This document shows, one piece after another, positions 24,749 through 34,062 of a DNA stretch of 64,000 nt. Under the pieces are notes generated by a model. It did no database searches. It had not been told where the DNA came from and worked only from the letters and a program-made list of their open reading frames with translations. The position numbers and the translations under genes are program-made. The stretch lies in NCBI GenBank assembly GCA_902787835.1, contig CADAHU010000007.1, positions 19,441 through 83,440 on the forward strand, written 5' to 3'. This stretch comes from an uncultured Eubacteriales bacterium. GTDB lineage: Bacteria; Bacillota; Clostridia; Christensenellales; Aristaeellaceae. The number at the start of each line of letters is the position of its first letter. The stretch's first letter is position 1.

Positions 24749-26902
24749 TTATTTTTCCAGCGCGCAGAACTGCATTTCCAGCGGAGCGAGCTGCACACGG
24801 CGCTCCCCGGCAGGGCAGCGCACCACAGCGTCCACCGGCGCCTCGGCGTTGTTCATCATCACCAGCGTGGCGCTGGCCGGGAACCAGGCGACCTCCACCC
24901 GCGGATCCTCGCATACACCCGCTTCCGCAGCATCTTTTCCGGTCAGGTACAGCAGCAGCTCCAGCAGCATGCGGGCCGCCGCGGGGCTGTATTGGAACCC
25001 GCTCAAATACACGGCCTTGCCCTTGCCGAATTCATGCAGCGTCAGCCGCGGGCCGGCGCAGCCCTGATCCAGTACCTTTGTATCGGGATCGGTCAGCCGG
25101 ATGCCGGGCTTATCGGCCAGCGCATCGGCAGGCACGGCGAAGGGCGCGGTCTCGGGCTGGGTCTCCCAGGGCATATGGCAGGCATAGCGCCCGTCGTCCA
25201 TTTCGACGCCCAGCACATGGGCCAGGGCGAACACCGTATCGCCGCCGGGCGCGGCGGTGGGCTCGCCTGCGCCGATCAGGCTGCCGCCCTCGTGAACAAA
25301 TCTCGTCACCTCAGCTGCCAGCGCCGGATCGCGCCAGGCATCGCCGCCGCTCCAGGCGTCGCCCATCCGGCCGGCGTTGATCAGCACGTCGATCTCCCCC
25401 AGCGCCCCGGCCTTCACATCCTCAAAGCTGAGGAAGCGGACCTCCACCGGCAGGCCGGAGAGCGCCTCGTTGATATGGATCAGGATATTGCCGTCGGTCT
25501 CATGGAAATGGCCGGACAGCGTCCAGGAGCGCAGGCTGCCCCAGGTATGCAGCACGCCCACGCGGATATTCAGCGCCGCGGGCTTGCCCTTTGCATGCAG
25601 GGCGCGCAGCTGCCTGAACTGCACCCCCATCCGGGTGATGGCCTCGGTAAAGGCCGGGAAGCCCTGGGTCAGGTGCAGATAGCCGCCCAGGCCGATGCGG
25701 TCCACGCACTGCCGCGCCAGGGCGCGGCGCACATGCAGCCAGTAATCCATGGCGTCCTTCTCCGGATGTCCGCCCTCCATAAAGGTGGGCAGGCCGCCCA
25801 GCCCCACCGGGAACAGGTAGGGATGGAAGCGCAGCTCGTGCACCGGCACGTCAGCCCCGGCGCACAGGCGGCATTCAAAGCCGGAGAACACGCACTTGAT
25901 CAGCCCGTCAAAGCCAATGGAGCTGAAATACTTTCCGTAGGGCTCCATGCCCACCCAGCTGTCGTCATAGAACACATAGGCCTGCTTGCCGTGGCGATGG
26001 ATGATCTCCACCAGCTCCCGGGCCTTGGCGGCCACAAAGCGCTGGATAAAATCCATATAATCGCGCTTGTGCGCCGTGGGCGGGCGATGGGTGGCCTGCA
26101 GCAGGCCCTGATGGATAAAGTCCTCAGCGGTCAGCCGGTAGCCGTATTCCTTTTTAAATTCGTCCAGCGCCGCCGGGCTGACGGTAAAATCATAGCTGCC
26201 CCAATCCACAAACCGCGTGCGGCGGCGCAGATCGCTGCCAAAGATCCACACAAAGTTATAGAACAGCGAGGTCAGGCGGATCACGTTGGTCTGGGGATTT
26301 TCCACGCACCACTTTTCCAGCCAGTCCTTCAGATACGCCCAGGCCAGCGGATGGCGGGGATCCAGCTGACGCAGATGCTCGCTGGTCCAGTGGTTGGTGG
26401 TATGGTTGTACATGTTGATCTCCTCCCAGATGCGCCAGCACAGGAAGGAGGCGGTATAGCGGTGCCAGGGCGCGCAGCCGCGCACGGTGATCCGCCCATC
26501 GGCATAGGTCCACCGGTCCCGGGGCACCTCCGCGCCGGCTGTGCGGTCCCACACCTGCCAATAGGCCAGCGCCTCCGGGGTATCATTCAGCTGGAACTGC
26601 TCCTCAAAATAGCCGGCCAGCGGCTCGATCTCCACCATATCCCCCGCCGCCGTAACGGCATCGGAGGAGAGGAAGCACTGCTGCTGGGTATCGGGATGGG
26701 CCGTGGCAAAGGCATTATGCTCCCGGATGATGCAGATGGTGGAGTAGATACGGTAGCCCGCCTTGACGATCTCCGGGGACAGCTTGGTGCCGTCGCTGTC
26801 GCGGATCACATCGGCGCCCCACTTTTCGGCCAGCTCCAGGGTCAGCTGCTCATAGCCCGCCTCGCCGGGCAGGGTAAAACCGCCGTGACGATAATCTTCC
26901 AT
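24749..26902 (-). CDS. 1,3-beta-galactosyl-N-acetylhexosamine phosphorylase (GH112, lacto-N-biose/galacto-N-biose phosphorylase)
   Basis: From ATG 26902 (AAGGAGG RBS): MEDYRHGGFTLPGEAGYEQLTLELAEKWGADVIRDSDGTKL... This parallels the Bifidobacterium LnpA N-terminus, and the length of about 717 aa is typical. Confidence 0.88.
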   Translation of the reverse strand: MEDYRHGGFTLPGEAGYEQLTLELAEKWGADVIRDSDGTKLSPEIVKAGYRIYSTICIIREHNAFATAHPDTQQQCFLSSDAVTAAGDMVEIEPLAGYFEEQFQLNDTPEALAYWQVWDRTAGAEVPRDRWTYADGRITVRGCAPWHRYTASFLCWRIWEEINMYNHTTNHWTSEHLRQLDPRHPLAWAYLKDWLEKWCVENPQTNVIRLTSLFYNFVWIFGSDLRRRTRFVDWGSYDFTVSPAALDEFKKEYGYRLTAEDFIHQGLLQATHRPPTAHKRDYMDFIQRFVAAKARELVEIIHRHGKQAYVFYDDSWVGMEPYGKYFSSIGFDGLIKCVFSGFECRLCAGADVPVHELRFHPYLFPVGLGGLPTFMEGGHPEKDAMDYWLHVRRALARQCVDRIGLGGYLHLTQGFPAFTEAITRMGVQFRQLRALHAKGKPAALNIRVGVLHTWGSLRSWTLSGHFHETDGNILIHINEALSGLPVEVRFLSFEDVKAGALGEIDVLINAGRMGDAWSGGDAWRDPALAAEVTRFVHEGGSLIGAGEPTAAPGGDTVFALAHVLGVEMDDGRYACHMPWETQPETAPFAVPADALADKPGIRLTDPDTKVLDQGCAGPRLTLHEFGKGKAVYLSGFQYSPAAARMLLELLLYLTGKDAAEAGVCEDPRVEVAWFPASATLVMMNNAEAPVDAVVRCPAGERRVQLAPLEMQFCALEK

Positions 26903-26931
26903 TGTATAGCCTCCTTTGTTATCGCTCGCCG

Positions 26932-28950
26932 TTAAAATGCCTTTTCCAACAAAACCAATCCCCGAAGCCGCAGGCACAGCGCATCGTCGCTGAGCTGGGC
27001 CGTGCGGTGGGTCTGCAGCATCACCCGGGTTTCCTCCGGCGGGATAAGATACCGCTTTTCCCAATCATATTGCAGTTCGCCGTCGCCCCGGATGCGCAGC
27101 CAGGAGCGCACGCCCTCCAGCACCCGGCAGGTCAGCGCCACGCCCACAAAGCAATCGTTCTGATAGATGCCTGCAAACCGGCCTGAGACGCCTTCCATGG
27201 CTTCCAGCGCCCAGCGATGGGCCTGCAGCGCGCGGTCGGTCCACAGGTACGCCTGCAGATCATTGCCCGCCAGCGCATGGACGCAGGCCTGGCCGAAGCT
27301 GTACAGCCCCTCGCAGCCCGCATAGTGGATCAGCCCCTGCAGCTCCAGGGTATCCCGGATGCGCTGGGCATCCGGTTCTTCCGCATCCAGCGCGGCAGCC
27401 CGGCAGGCGTGCACATAATGCTTCCATGCGGCAATACCGGGCTGCACGGTCTCCGCCAGCCGCCGCGCCTGATCGGCCAGCGGCTCATCGCCCGCCGCCC
27501 AGAGCAGTGATTCCACGGGGCCTCTCTCCCCGCGCAGCATCGCCCGGGCCAGCGCCCGCAGCGGAAAATGATAATACTGATCTCCCGCCCGATCGTCCGG
27601 GTTGGGGCCATAGGATACCGCGCACTCCGCATACCGGGTCAGCAGCGCGCCATGCTCCGCACCGCCGTAATAGCGGGCGGCAAAATCCCGTGCGGCGGTC
27701 TCCGGATCGCAATCTCCCGCCGTCCACAGGTGGCGCAGCAGCGCCATCATGAACAGGTGGGGCTTCACCGAGCCCACATTGATGTTCCAGTATTCGCTGC
27801 CGCCCCGGGCCAGCACCGTTTTCAGCTCCTCCAGGATCAGCCCCGGCGGGGTTTGCAGCATGGTGATATGGTTGGCAGCCTGCAGATCATAAAAGCTCAC
27901 ATGATAATAGATGCCGTGCGGCCCGGGATCATCGGCGCCGGGCATGGCGTCGCTGCGGGGATTGTGGTTGTTCTGCCGCCGGGAAACCATTTTTCCGTAG
28001 CCGTTATCGCCCCACACCTTGATGACGCCCTCGGGCACGGCCAGATCTCCCCGGCGGTACAGCGCCATCATTTCGCCGTACAGGTTGGTGGCAAACACCG
28101 CCCGGGGATCGTACTCCCGCACGATCTCCATCTGCCGGCGCATTACCCTGGAGATAAACGCCCCGCGCTTCTGATCGGTATCGTAGGCCGCGTCATCCGC
28201 CCAGAAGGCGCGGTCGCCCTGGCCGCGGAAGCCGATGGTCCATACCACCCGCCGCCCCGCGCGCCTGCGGGCCGCCTCCCGCCAAAGGCCCTCAAATTTG
28301 TCCTTATGCAGGGTATAGGAGGGCTGCAGATCGGGATAGACCCGGCTGAACATGCGCGCCCCCAGGATCTCGGTATGGTGGTGGGTGATCCAAAGGCCCA
28401 TATCCAGCGCCATATCGTACAGCATATCGCCGTCATAGGCGCGGTCTGTGCCGGGGATGATCATGTTGCCGCCGCAGCGCAGCAGGCACTCGAACAGCCG
28501 CCGCCAGACCTCCGCCCGCTGGGCTTCCTCCAGATGCCAGCCGGTAAAAAGCACCTCGTCGTTGGCAAACCAGCCCCGCCAGCGCACGGCAGGACGCGGG
28601 GACTGCCAATCCTGGCAGGAAACGGCGACCGTATCGAATTGCCGGGGCGCAAAGCCCATCCACCAGTCGAAGGGGCCCACTTCCAGCAGCCGCTCGCTGA
28701 CCGACAGCAGGGCGTACACCGCGCCCAGATCGTCGCCGCAGGTCAGCGTGATCCCGTTTTCCCGCACCTGCGCCGTATAATGCTCCGCGCCCAGGCTTTC
28801 ATCCAACGCCACGCGGATGACGTTCTCCGGCCCTTCCGCCTTCAGCCCCTGGCGCATATCCCGGCGCAGGATTTTTACCGCATTCCCAATGGCCGGGATG
28901 CTTTCATCCGCCTGGATCCGGGTGGAAAGAGAAAGCACAAACTCCGCCAT
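26932..28950 (-). CDS. GH115-like glycoside hydrolase
   Basis: Central block WRGWFANDE...LFECLLRCGGNMIIPGT...ITHHHTE...WTIGFRGQGDRAF follows the GH115 catalytic-domain pattern (YRG.F.NDE / LLR...N / H.E / T.G.RG). Confidence 0.65.
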   Translation of the reverse strand: MAEFVLSLSTRIQADESIPAIGNAVKILRRDMRQGLKAEGPENVIRVALDESLGAEHYTAQVRENGITLTCGDDLGAVYALLSVSERLLEVGPFDWWMGFAPRQFDTVAVSCQDWQSPRPAVRWRGWFANDEVLFTGWHLEEAQRAEVWRRLFECLLRCGGNMIIPGTDRAYDGDMLYDMALDMGLWITHHHTEILGARMFSRVYPDLQPSYTLHKDKFEGLWREAARRRAGRRVVWTIGFRGQGDRAFWADDAAYDTDQKRGAFISRVMRRQMEIVREYDPRAVFATNLYGEMMALYRRGDLAVPEGVIKVWGDNGYGKMVSRRQNNHNPRSDAMPGADDPGPHGIYYHVSFYDLQAANHITMLQTPPGLILEELKTVLARGGSEYWNINVGSVKPHLFMMALLRHLWTAGDCDPETAARDFAARYYGGAEHGALLTRYAECAVSYGPNPDDRAGDQYYHFPLRALARAMLRGERGPVESLLWAAGDEPLADQARRLAETVQPGIAAWKHYVHACRAAALDAEEPDAQRIRDTLELQGLIHYAGCEGLYSFGQACVHALAGNDLQAYLWTDRALQAHRWALEAMEGVSGRFAGIYQNDCFVGVALTCRVLEGVRSWLRIRGDGELQYDWEKRYLIPPEETRVMLQTHRTAQLSDDALCLRLRGLVLLEKAF

Positions 28951-29122
28951 GGCCCTGTCCTTCCCGCATCATAAAAATGCATTCTGTCCTTCTTTATACC
29001 AGATTATACCTTATCCCTGCCGGAGCCGCAAGTATGATTTGGGCGGAAACCGGCTTGTTTCAACCATTAATGCAATGATCCGGCCATTCTGCGCCCAAAT
29101 CGTATGGGTTTAAAAGCAATGC

Positions 29123-29151
29123 TTGTCAAAATTCACCATTAATCGTATAAT
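29123..29151 (+). promoter_or_regulatory. promoter of the AraC-family regulator operon
   Basis: TTGTCA (29123-29128), 17 nt, TATAAT (29146-29151). Confidence 0.65.
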
Positions 29152-29177
29152 AGCAGAAAAGTGCAGGGAGGACATCC

Positions 29178-30122
29178 ATGGCCAGACCCAGAGTGACCGT
29201 ATCGGAATACCGCAGCTACGAGCTGCCGGCCGATTTTCCCATGATCCTGCTGCACGGCGAGGAATGGCGCATCAGCCCGGTGCCCAGCACACGCCTGCAT
29301 TTTCATAACTGTCTGGAGATCGGCGTCTGCCTGAACGGCTCCGGCGAGATGGTGATGGAGGAGGAGCAGCTGTCCTTTTCCGAGGGCACGGTCAGCTTTG
29401 TGGCCCCCAATGTGCTGCACACCACCTGGTCCTCCCCGGGCACCATGAGCCTGTGGAGCTACCTGTATCTGGATGTGGAGGCGCTGCTGAAGGAATCGCT
29501 GCTGTCCATCCCCGATCTGCCCAAATTCAACCGCATGCTGCGCACCGGCCGCACGCTCCTGTACCCCGACGCATGTCCCGGCGCCTATGAGATGGTCTGC
29601 GAGATCATCACCGAGATGAGCCAGAAAAAATCGGGCTACCGCGCCTGCGTGCGGGGCCTGCTGCTGGCCTTTATCACCCGGCTGCTGCGCGTATACACCC
29701 GCCAGGAGCACCCCGCCGATAAGCAGATCCTGGCGCTGACCCCGGCGCTGGAATACATCCACCACCACTATATGAACACCTTCCCCATGGAGACGCTGGC
29801 CGCCCTCTGCCACCTGAGCCCCACCCACTTCCGCAGGCTGTTCCACGAGCAGATCGGCACCAACCCGCTGGATCTGCTGCATCAGGTGCGCGTGGCCGCC
29901 AGCTGCACGCTGCTGCGCACCTCCAACGAAAGCGTATCGCACATCGCTGGCCAGGTGGGCTATACCTCGCTGAGCTGCTATAACCGGCATTTTCTGCGCA
30001 TCATGGGCTCCACGCCCTCGGATTGGCGCAAAAGCAGCGACGGCAGCCGAAGGTCGGTGGTCACCTATACCGGCTGGATGAAGGCCGAAACATCGGAAGA
30101 GATCCTGCAAAAAAACGATTGA
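29178..30122 (+). CDS. AraC family transcriptional regulator (cupin sensor + HTH)
   Basis: N-terminal cupin (LHFHNCLEIGVCLNGSGEMV). C-terminal dual HTH (LAALCHLSPTHFRRLFHEQIG...IAGQVGYTSLSCYNRHFLRIMGSTPSDWRK). Confidence 0.92.
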   Translation: MARPRVTVSEYRSYELPADFPMILLHGEEWRISPVPSTRLHFHNCLEIGVCLNGSGEMVMEEEQLSFSEGTVSFVAPNVLHTTWSSPGTMSLWSYLYLDVEALLKESLLSIPDLPKFNRMLRTGRTLLYPDACPGAYEMVCEIITEMSQKKSGYRACVRGLLLAFITRLLRVYTRQEHPADKQILALTPALEYIHHHYMNTFPMETLAALCHLSPTHFRRLFHEQIGTNPLDLLHQVRVAASCTLLRTSNESVSHIAGQVGYTSLSCYNRHFLRIMGSTPSDWRKSSDGSRRSVVTYTGWMKAETSEEILQKND

Positions 30123-30143
30123 TCAACAACGGAGGAAGCAAGC

Positions 30144-30800
30144 ATGGACGAAAGAATTGTTTACCGCTGCCATTACCGCGGGCAGCTGTCCAGGCCCCTG
30201 GACGCGGCGGCGTCATCCGCCTGCGCCGAAGCGGCGCGGCAGCTGATCCGGGAGGGCCAGCTTATGACCGCGGCGCTGTACGCCTATGGGCCGCAGCTTT
30301 TCCTTTACTATGAATCGCTGGGCGAAGTCCTGCCGCCGGAAAGCTTTATGTCCCCGCTGCATCCCTTTTTATCCCCCTGGCCGCAAAAGGAGGAAACGCG
30401 CGACTGGGCAAAAATGTACCATATTTATTGGCACTGCGAGCCCAGGAACGCCGAGGACTGGCGGCGGGATCCCCTGCCCCAGCGCCGCCGCGGGCGCATC
30501 GCCTATCTGAAGCACGATACCCTGTTTGAATATGTGTACCATCATTTTGCCATCGTGCAGGAGGGGCTGCTGAAGGGCGACCGCTACATGTCCATCGCCC
30601 TGCACGAGGACGTGCTGTTCAGCTATTTTGAGGAGCCGCGCTCCGCTGTAAACATCCGCCGGGAGGATGGGGAATCCCAGGCCATCCGCGGCTGGATGGC
30701 GGCGGATCCAGACAGCCACTTTATCCATTTGCCCGGCAGCGAGGGGCAGAACTTCCTCCTGCTGCCGGAGATCTTCGCCCTGGGCCAGGAGGATGCGTAA
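30144..30800 (+). CDS. hypothetical protein, two tandem rhamnose-mutarotase-like (Dabb/DUF718-like) halves suspected
   Basis: Both halves carry a ...LF.YYE/LFSYFEE... strand and a W-containing helix, as in RhaM-type mutarotases. The assignment is by motif memory only. Confidence 0.35.
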   Translation: MDERIVYRCHYRGQLSRPLDAAASSACAEAARQLIREGQLMTAALYAYGPQLFLYYESLGEVLPPESFMSPLHPFLSPWPQKEETRDWAKMYHIYWHCEPRNAEDWRRDPLPQRRRGRIAYLKHDTLFEYVYHHFAIVQEGLLKGDRYMSIALHEDVLFSYFEEPRSAVNIRREDGESQAIRGWMAADPDSHFIHLPGSEGQNFLLLPEIFALGQEDA

Positions 30801-32857
30801 TGCGTTTGCTGGAGCTTTTGAACAATCCGCCCCGGGAGTATACCCCCATCCCCTTCTGGTTTCTGAACGGCGATCTGCGCCGGGAGGAGATCAAACGGCA
30901 GCTGCGGGATTTTTGCGATCACGGCGTTTACGGCGTGGTGCTCCATCCCCGCATCGGCCTGCCGCCGCGCATCGGCTATCTTTCCGAAAGCTTTTTCGGC
31001 TATCTGCGCGTGGCCATCGAGACAGCGGCGGAGCTGGATATGCGCGTGGTGCTCTATGACGAGGGCATGTACCCCTCCGGCTCGGCCTCCGGGCTGGTGG
31101 TGCGGGATCACCCCGAGCTGGCCAGCCGCGGGCTCTGCCATGTGGAAACGCCCGCGCCGGGGGATACGGTGCTGTGCCCCGTGGCGGGCGGATACCTGGT
31201 GGAGCGGTTCAGCGGCGGCAGGCTGCGCGGCCTGCACTACGGCGAGGATGACGGCGAGCCCAACCAGCCCCTGAGCGCCGATATTCTGAATCCCGAGGCG
31301 GTAAACCGGTTTATCCAACTGACCCACGAGGCCTATTACCAGCATTTTGCGCCGCACTTTGGCAAAACCATTATTGGCTTTTTCACCGACGAGCCCAGCA
31401 TACTGGGGCGCAACGTGCGGGATATGCAGCCCTGGACCCGGGGCTTTGCCGATATGTTCTGCCAGGCGGGCGGGAACCCGGCGGGGCTTGCCGGGCTGTT
31501 TGACGGTACGGAGAACGCCGATACCGCCCTCTACCGCCGGCTGATGCTGGAGCGGGAGAGCGAGGTCTATTACGCCAGTCTGTCCCGCTGGTGCCAGGCG
31601 CACGGCATCGCCCTGATGGGGCATCCCCACCAGAGCGATGATATCGAGTTTGAGCGGCATTTCCATGTACCGGGCCAGGATCTGGTGTTCCGCTGGGTCT
31701 CCCCCGAGACCGGCGGCACCGTGGGCATGGACAGCACCATGGGCAAATGCAGCGCCGATATGGCGCGGCATATGGGCGCGCGGCGCAATTCCAACGAGTG
31801 CTTCGGTGCCTGCAACCGCGGCGGCAATCCCTGGCATTTTACCGGGGAGGATATGAAGTGGTTCATCGACTGGCTGGCAGTGCGGGGCGTCAATCTGTTT
31901 ATCCCCCACGCCTTCTATTACAGCCTGACCGGCAAGCGCAGCGCCGAGCGGCCGCCGGACGTGGGCCCCGGCAGCATCTGGTGGCCCCATTATCAGCTGT
32001 GGGCAGGCTACATGACCCGGCTTTCCTGCCTGATGGCGGAGACTGAATACCAGGCCGATATCGCTCTGCTGTGCCGCAACCGGGAGCTGCATGCCGAAGC
32101 TGCCGCGCCGCTTTTTGAAGGCCAGCGCGCCTTTGAATACCTGCCGGAGAGCCTGTGGGCCGACTGCAGGGAGGAAAACGGACGTCTGATCTGCGGCAGC
32201 CGCAGCTATGGCGCGGTGGTCGGCGCGGAGACGCTGTTCCCCACGGTATCCCATGATCCGCAAACCGTCGCGCCGGACTGTCTCTGCGATCCGGCCCAGC
32301 CCGATCTGCGCATCGCCGCCCTGAAATACCAGGGCCAGCCCTGCTGGCTGCTGGTCAACGAGGGCGAAAACGATCTGCAGGCCCAAATCACGCTGCCCGT
32401 TCACGAGCCGCTGGGGCAATATGATCTCTGGCAGAACACCACCTGCGCCTTGCCCGGCCGAAATACGGAGCAGGGCACGCAGTTTCGCCTCTCCCTGCCC
32501 CGGCGGGGAAGCCTGCTGGTCTTTGCCGCCGGGGAGGCGCTGCCCCAGCCGGAAAGCCTGCCGGCGCTGGAGAATATCCCCTTCGCCCTGATCGGCCAGG
32601 ATCCCAAGGCCTGCACCAAAACCTATGCCGCCACGCTGCCCGCCTATGATACCGATGTGATGGTCTCCGTAAACGCGGAGGAGATGGCAGAGCTCTTTGT
32701 CAACGGCCAGCCCTGCGGCGTCGCCTTCTGGGCGCCCCAGCGCTTCCGCATCCCCCATGCCCTCACCGGCGGCCGGGAAGCGGAGCTGCGCCTGGTTATC
32801 ACCGGCAGCCTGGCCAACCGCTACGGGAACCAGCCCGTTCCCTATGGGCTGATCTGA
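30800..32857 (+). CDS. putative glycoside hydrolase (uncharacterised family)
   Basis: 685 aa. Its start overlaps the upstream stop (TAATG). The N-terminal motif TPIPFWFLNGDL...EEIKRQL and a C-terminal beta-sandwich-like region resemble GH106/GH2-sugar-binding-type enzymes. Confidence 0.55.
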   Translation: MRLLELLNNPPREYTPIPFWFLNGDLRREEIKRQLRDFCDHGVYGVVLHPRIGLPPRIGYLSESFFGYLRVAIETAAELDMRVVLYDEGMYPSGSASGLVVRDHPELASRGLCHVETPAPGDTVLCPVAGGYLVERFSGGRLRGLHYGEDDGEPNQPLSADILNPEAVNRFIQLTHEAYYQHFAPHFGKTIIGFFTDEPSILGRNVRDMQPWTRGFADMFCQAGGNPAGLAGLFDGTENADTALYRRLMLERESEVYYASLSRWCQAHGIALMGHPHQSDDIEFERHFHVPGQDLVFRWVSPETGGTVGMDSTMGKCSADMARHMGARRNSNECFGACNRGGNPWHFTGEDMKWFIDWLAVRGVNLFIPHAFYYSLTGKRSAERPPDVGPGSIWWPHYQLWAGYMTRLSCLMAETEYQADIALLCRNRELHAEAAAPLFEGQRAFEYLPESLWADCREENGRLICGSRSYGAVVGAETLFPTVSHDPQTVAPDCLCDPAQPDLRIAALKYQGQPCWLLVNEGENDLQAQITLPVHEPLGQYDLWQNTTCALPGRNTEQGTQFRLSLPRRGSLLVFAAGEALPQPESLPALENIPFALIGQDPKACTKTYAATLPAYDTDVMVSVNAEEMAELFVNGQPCGVAFWAPQRFRIPHALTGGREAELRLVITGSLANRYGNQPVPYGLI

Positions 32858-32860
32858 ACC

Positions 32861-33228
32861 GAAGGATGGGATACGTTACTTTCTTCCAGAAGAAAGTAAC
32901 AAAGAAGCAGCCGGCGAACCGACTTGAATCGGCAAGCAGACTTGCTTCCGCCAGTTTGGTTACGGTCGCCAAGCAAGTTCCCGGACAACAGGAACACAGA
33001 CAAAAACCGTCAAAAGCAAGCTCGCTTGTTTTTGACGGTTTTTGTCTGTGTTCAGCGGTGCGCTTCGCGCACCGCGCGGCCAGCGAAGCTGGCCTTGTAC
33101 GGGAACGGCGGCAGGCGTAAAACCCGGTTGGCGGAAAAGCCCGCAGCATTTACGGCAACAAACGCAGCCCTCTTCGGTTCCTTCTCGGGCTCCGAGAAGG
33201 AACGCCCCCGTCCGTTTTCTCCTCTCGA
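32861..33228 (-). repeat. hairpin-mosaic intergenic repeat, copy C (inverted; core 32911-33216)
   Basis: Its reverse complement aligns with the cores of copies A and B. It fills the whole gap between the two stop codons. An additional 12-bp hairpin lies at 32875-32900. Confidence 0.9.
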
Positions 33229-34062
33229 TTACTCATCCCAGGCGTTGCTCAGATCGGCAAACTGCTGCAGATCCAGCGCCTCGCCGCGGATATTCTCCGG
33301 CAGACCGGCCCGGGCGAGCCAATCCGCCGCCTGATCGCGATCCAGATGGAAGGCGGAAATCAGGTTGTTGCACAGCGTTTTGCGGCGCAGGGCAAACGCG
33401 GCGTTGACCACCTTGAAAAACCGCGCCTCATCCGCCACCGATACGGCGGGCCGTTCCCGCCAGGGCATGCACAGGAAGGCGGAATCCACCTTGGGCGGCG
33501 GCGTAAAGCAGGCCGCCTCCACGATGCGGGCCAGCCTGGGCTGGGTATAATACTGGGCGCGCACCGCCAGGGGGCCGTATTCCGGGGTGGAAGGCGCTGC
33601 CAGCACCCGCTGGGCGGCCTCCTTCTGTACCATCAGATTGATGCTGCGGATGGGCAGATTGCCGCGCAGCAGCAGCGTCATCAGATCGGTGGTCAGGTAA
33701 TAGGGAATATTGGCCACCACATGAAAGGGCGATTTGCCCGCCATGATCTCCGGGATATTGACCCGCAGGATATCGCCCTGGATCAGGGTGAAGTTCTCCG
33801 CCCGCTCCATCACCACCCGCAGGATGGGGATCAGATCTCGGTCCAGCTCCACCGCCGTGACCGTTTTGCACCGGGATGCCAGCAGCCGCGTCATATCGCC
33901 GCCGCCGGGGCCCACCTCCAGGATATGATCCTCCGGCCCCACGCCGCTGTCATCGATCAGCGTTTCCAGCAGCGCCGCGTTGGTCAAAAAATTCTGCCCC
34001 AGGCTGTGCTTGGCCTGAATACCGCCCGGTCCGGAACGTCCCTTTTTATAATTTGGCTTCAC
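33229..34062 (-). CDS. rsmA: 16S rRNA (adenine1518/1519-N6)-dimethyltransferase
   Basis: KHSLGQNFLTN... and the SAM motif ILEVGPGGGDMT. Confidence 0.95.
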   Translation of the reverse strand: MKPNYKKGRSGPGGIQAKHSLGQNFLTNAALLETLIDDSGVGPEDHILEVGPGGGDMTRLLASRCKTVTAVELDRDLIPILRVVMERAENFTLIQGDILRVNIPEIMAGKSPFHVVANIPYYLTTDLMTLLLRGNLPIRSINLMVQKEAAQRVLAAPSTPEYGPLAVRAQYYTQPRLARIVEAACFTPPPKVDSAFLCMPWRERPAVSVADEARFFKVVNAAFALRRKTLCNNLISAFHLDRDQAADWLARAGLPENIRGEALDLQQFADLSNAWDE

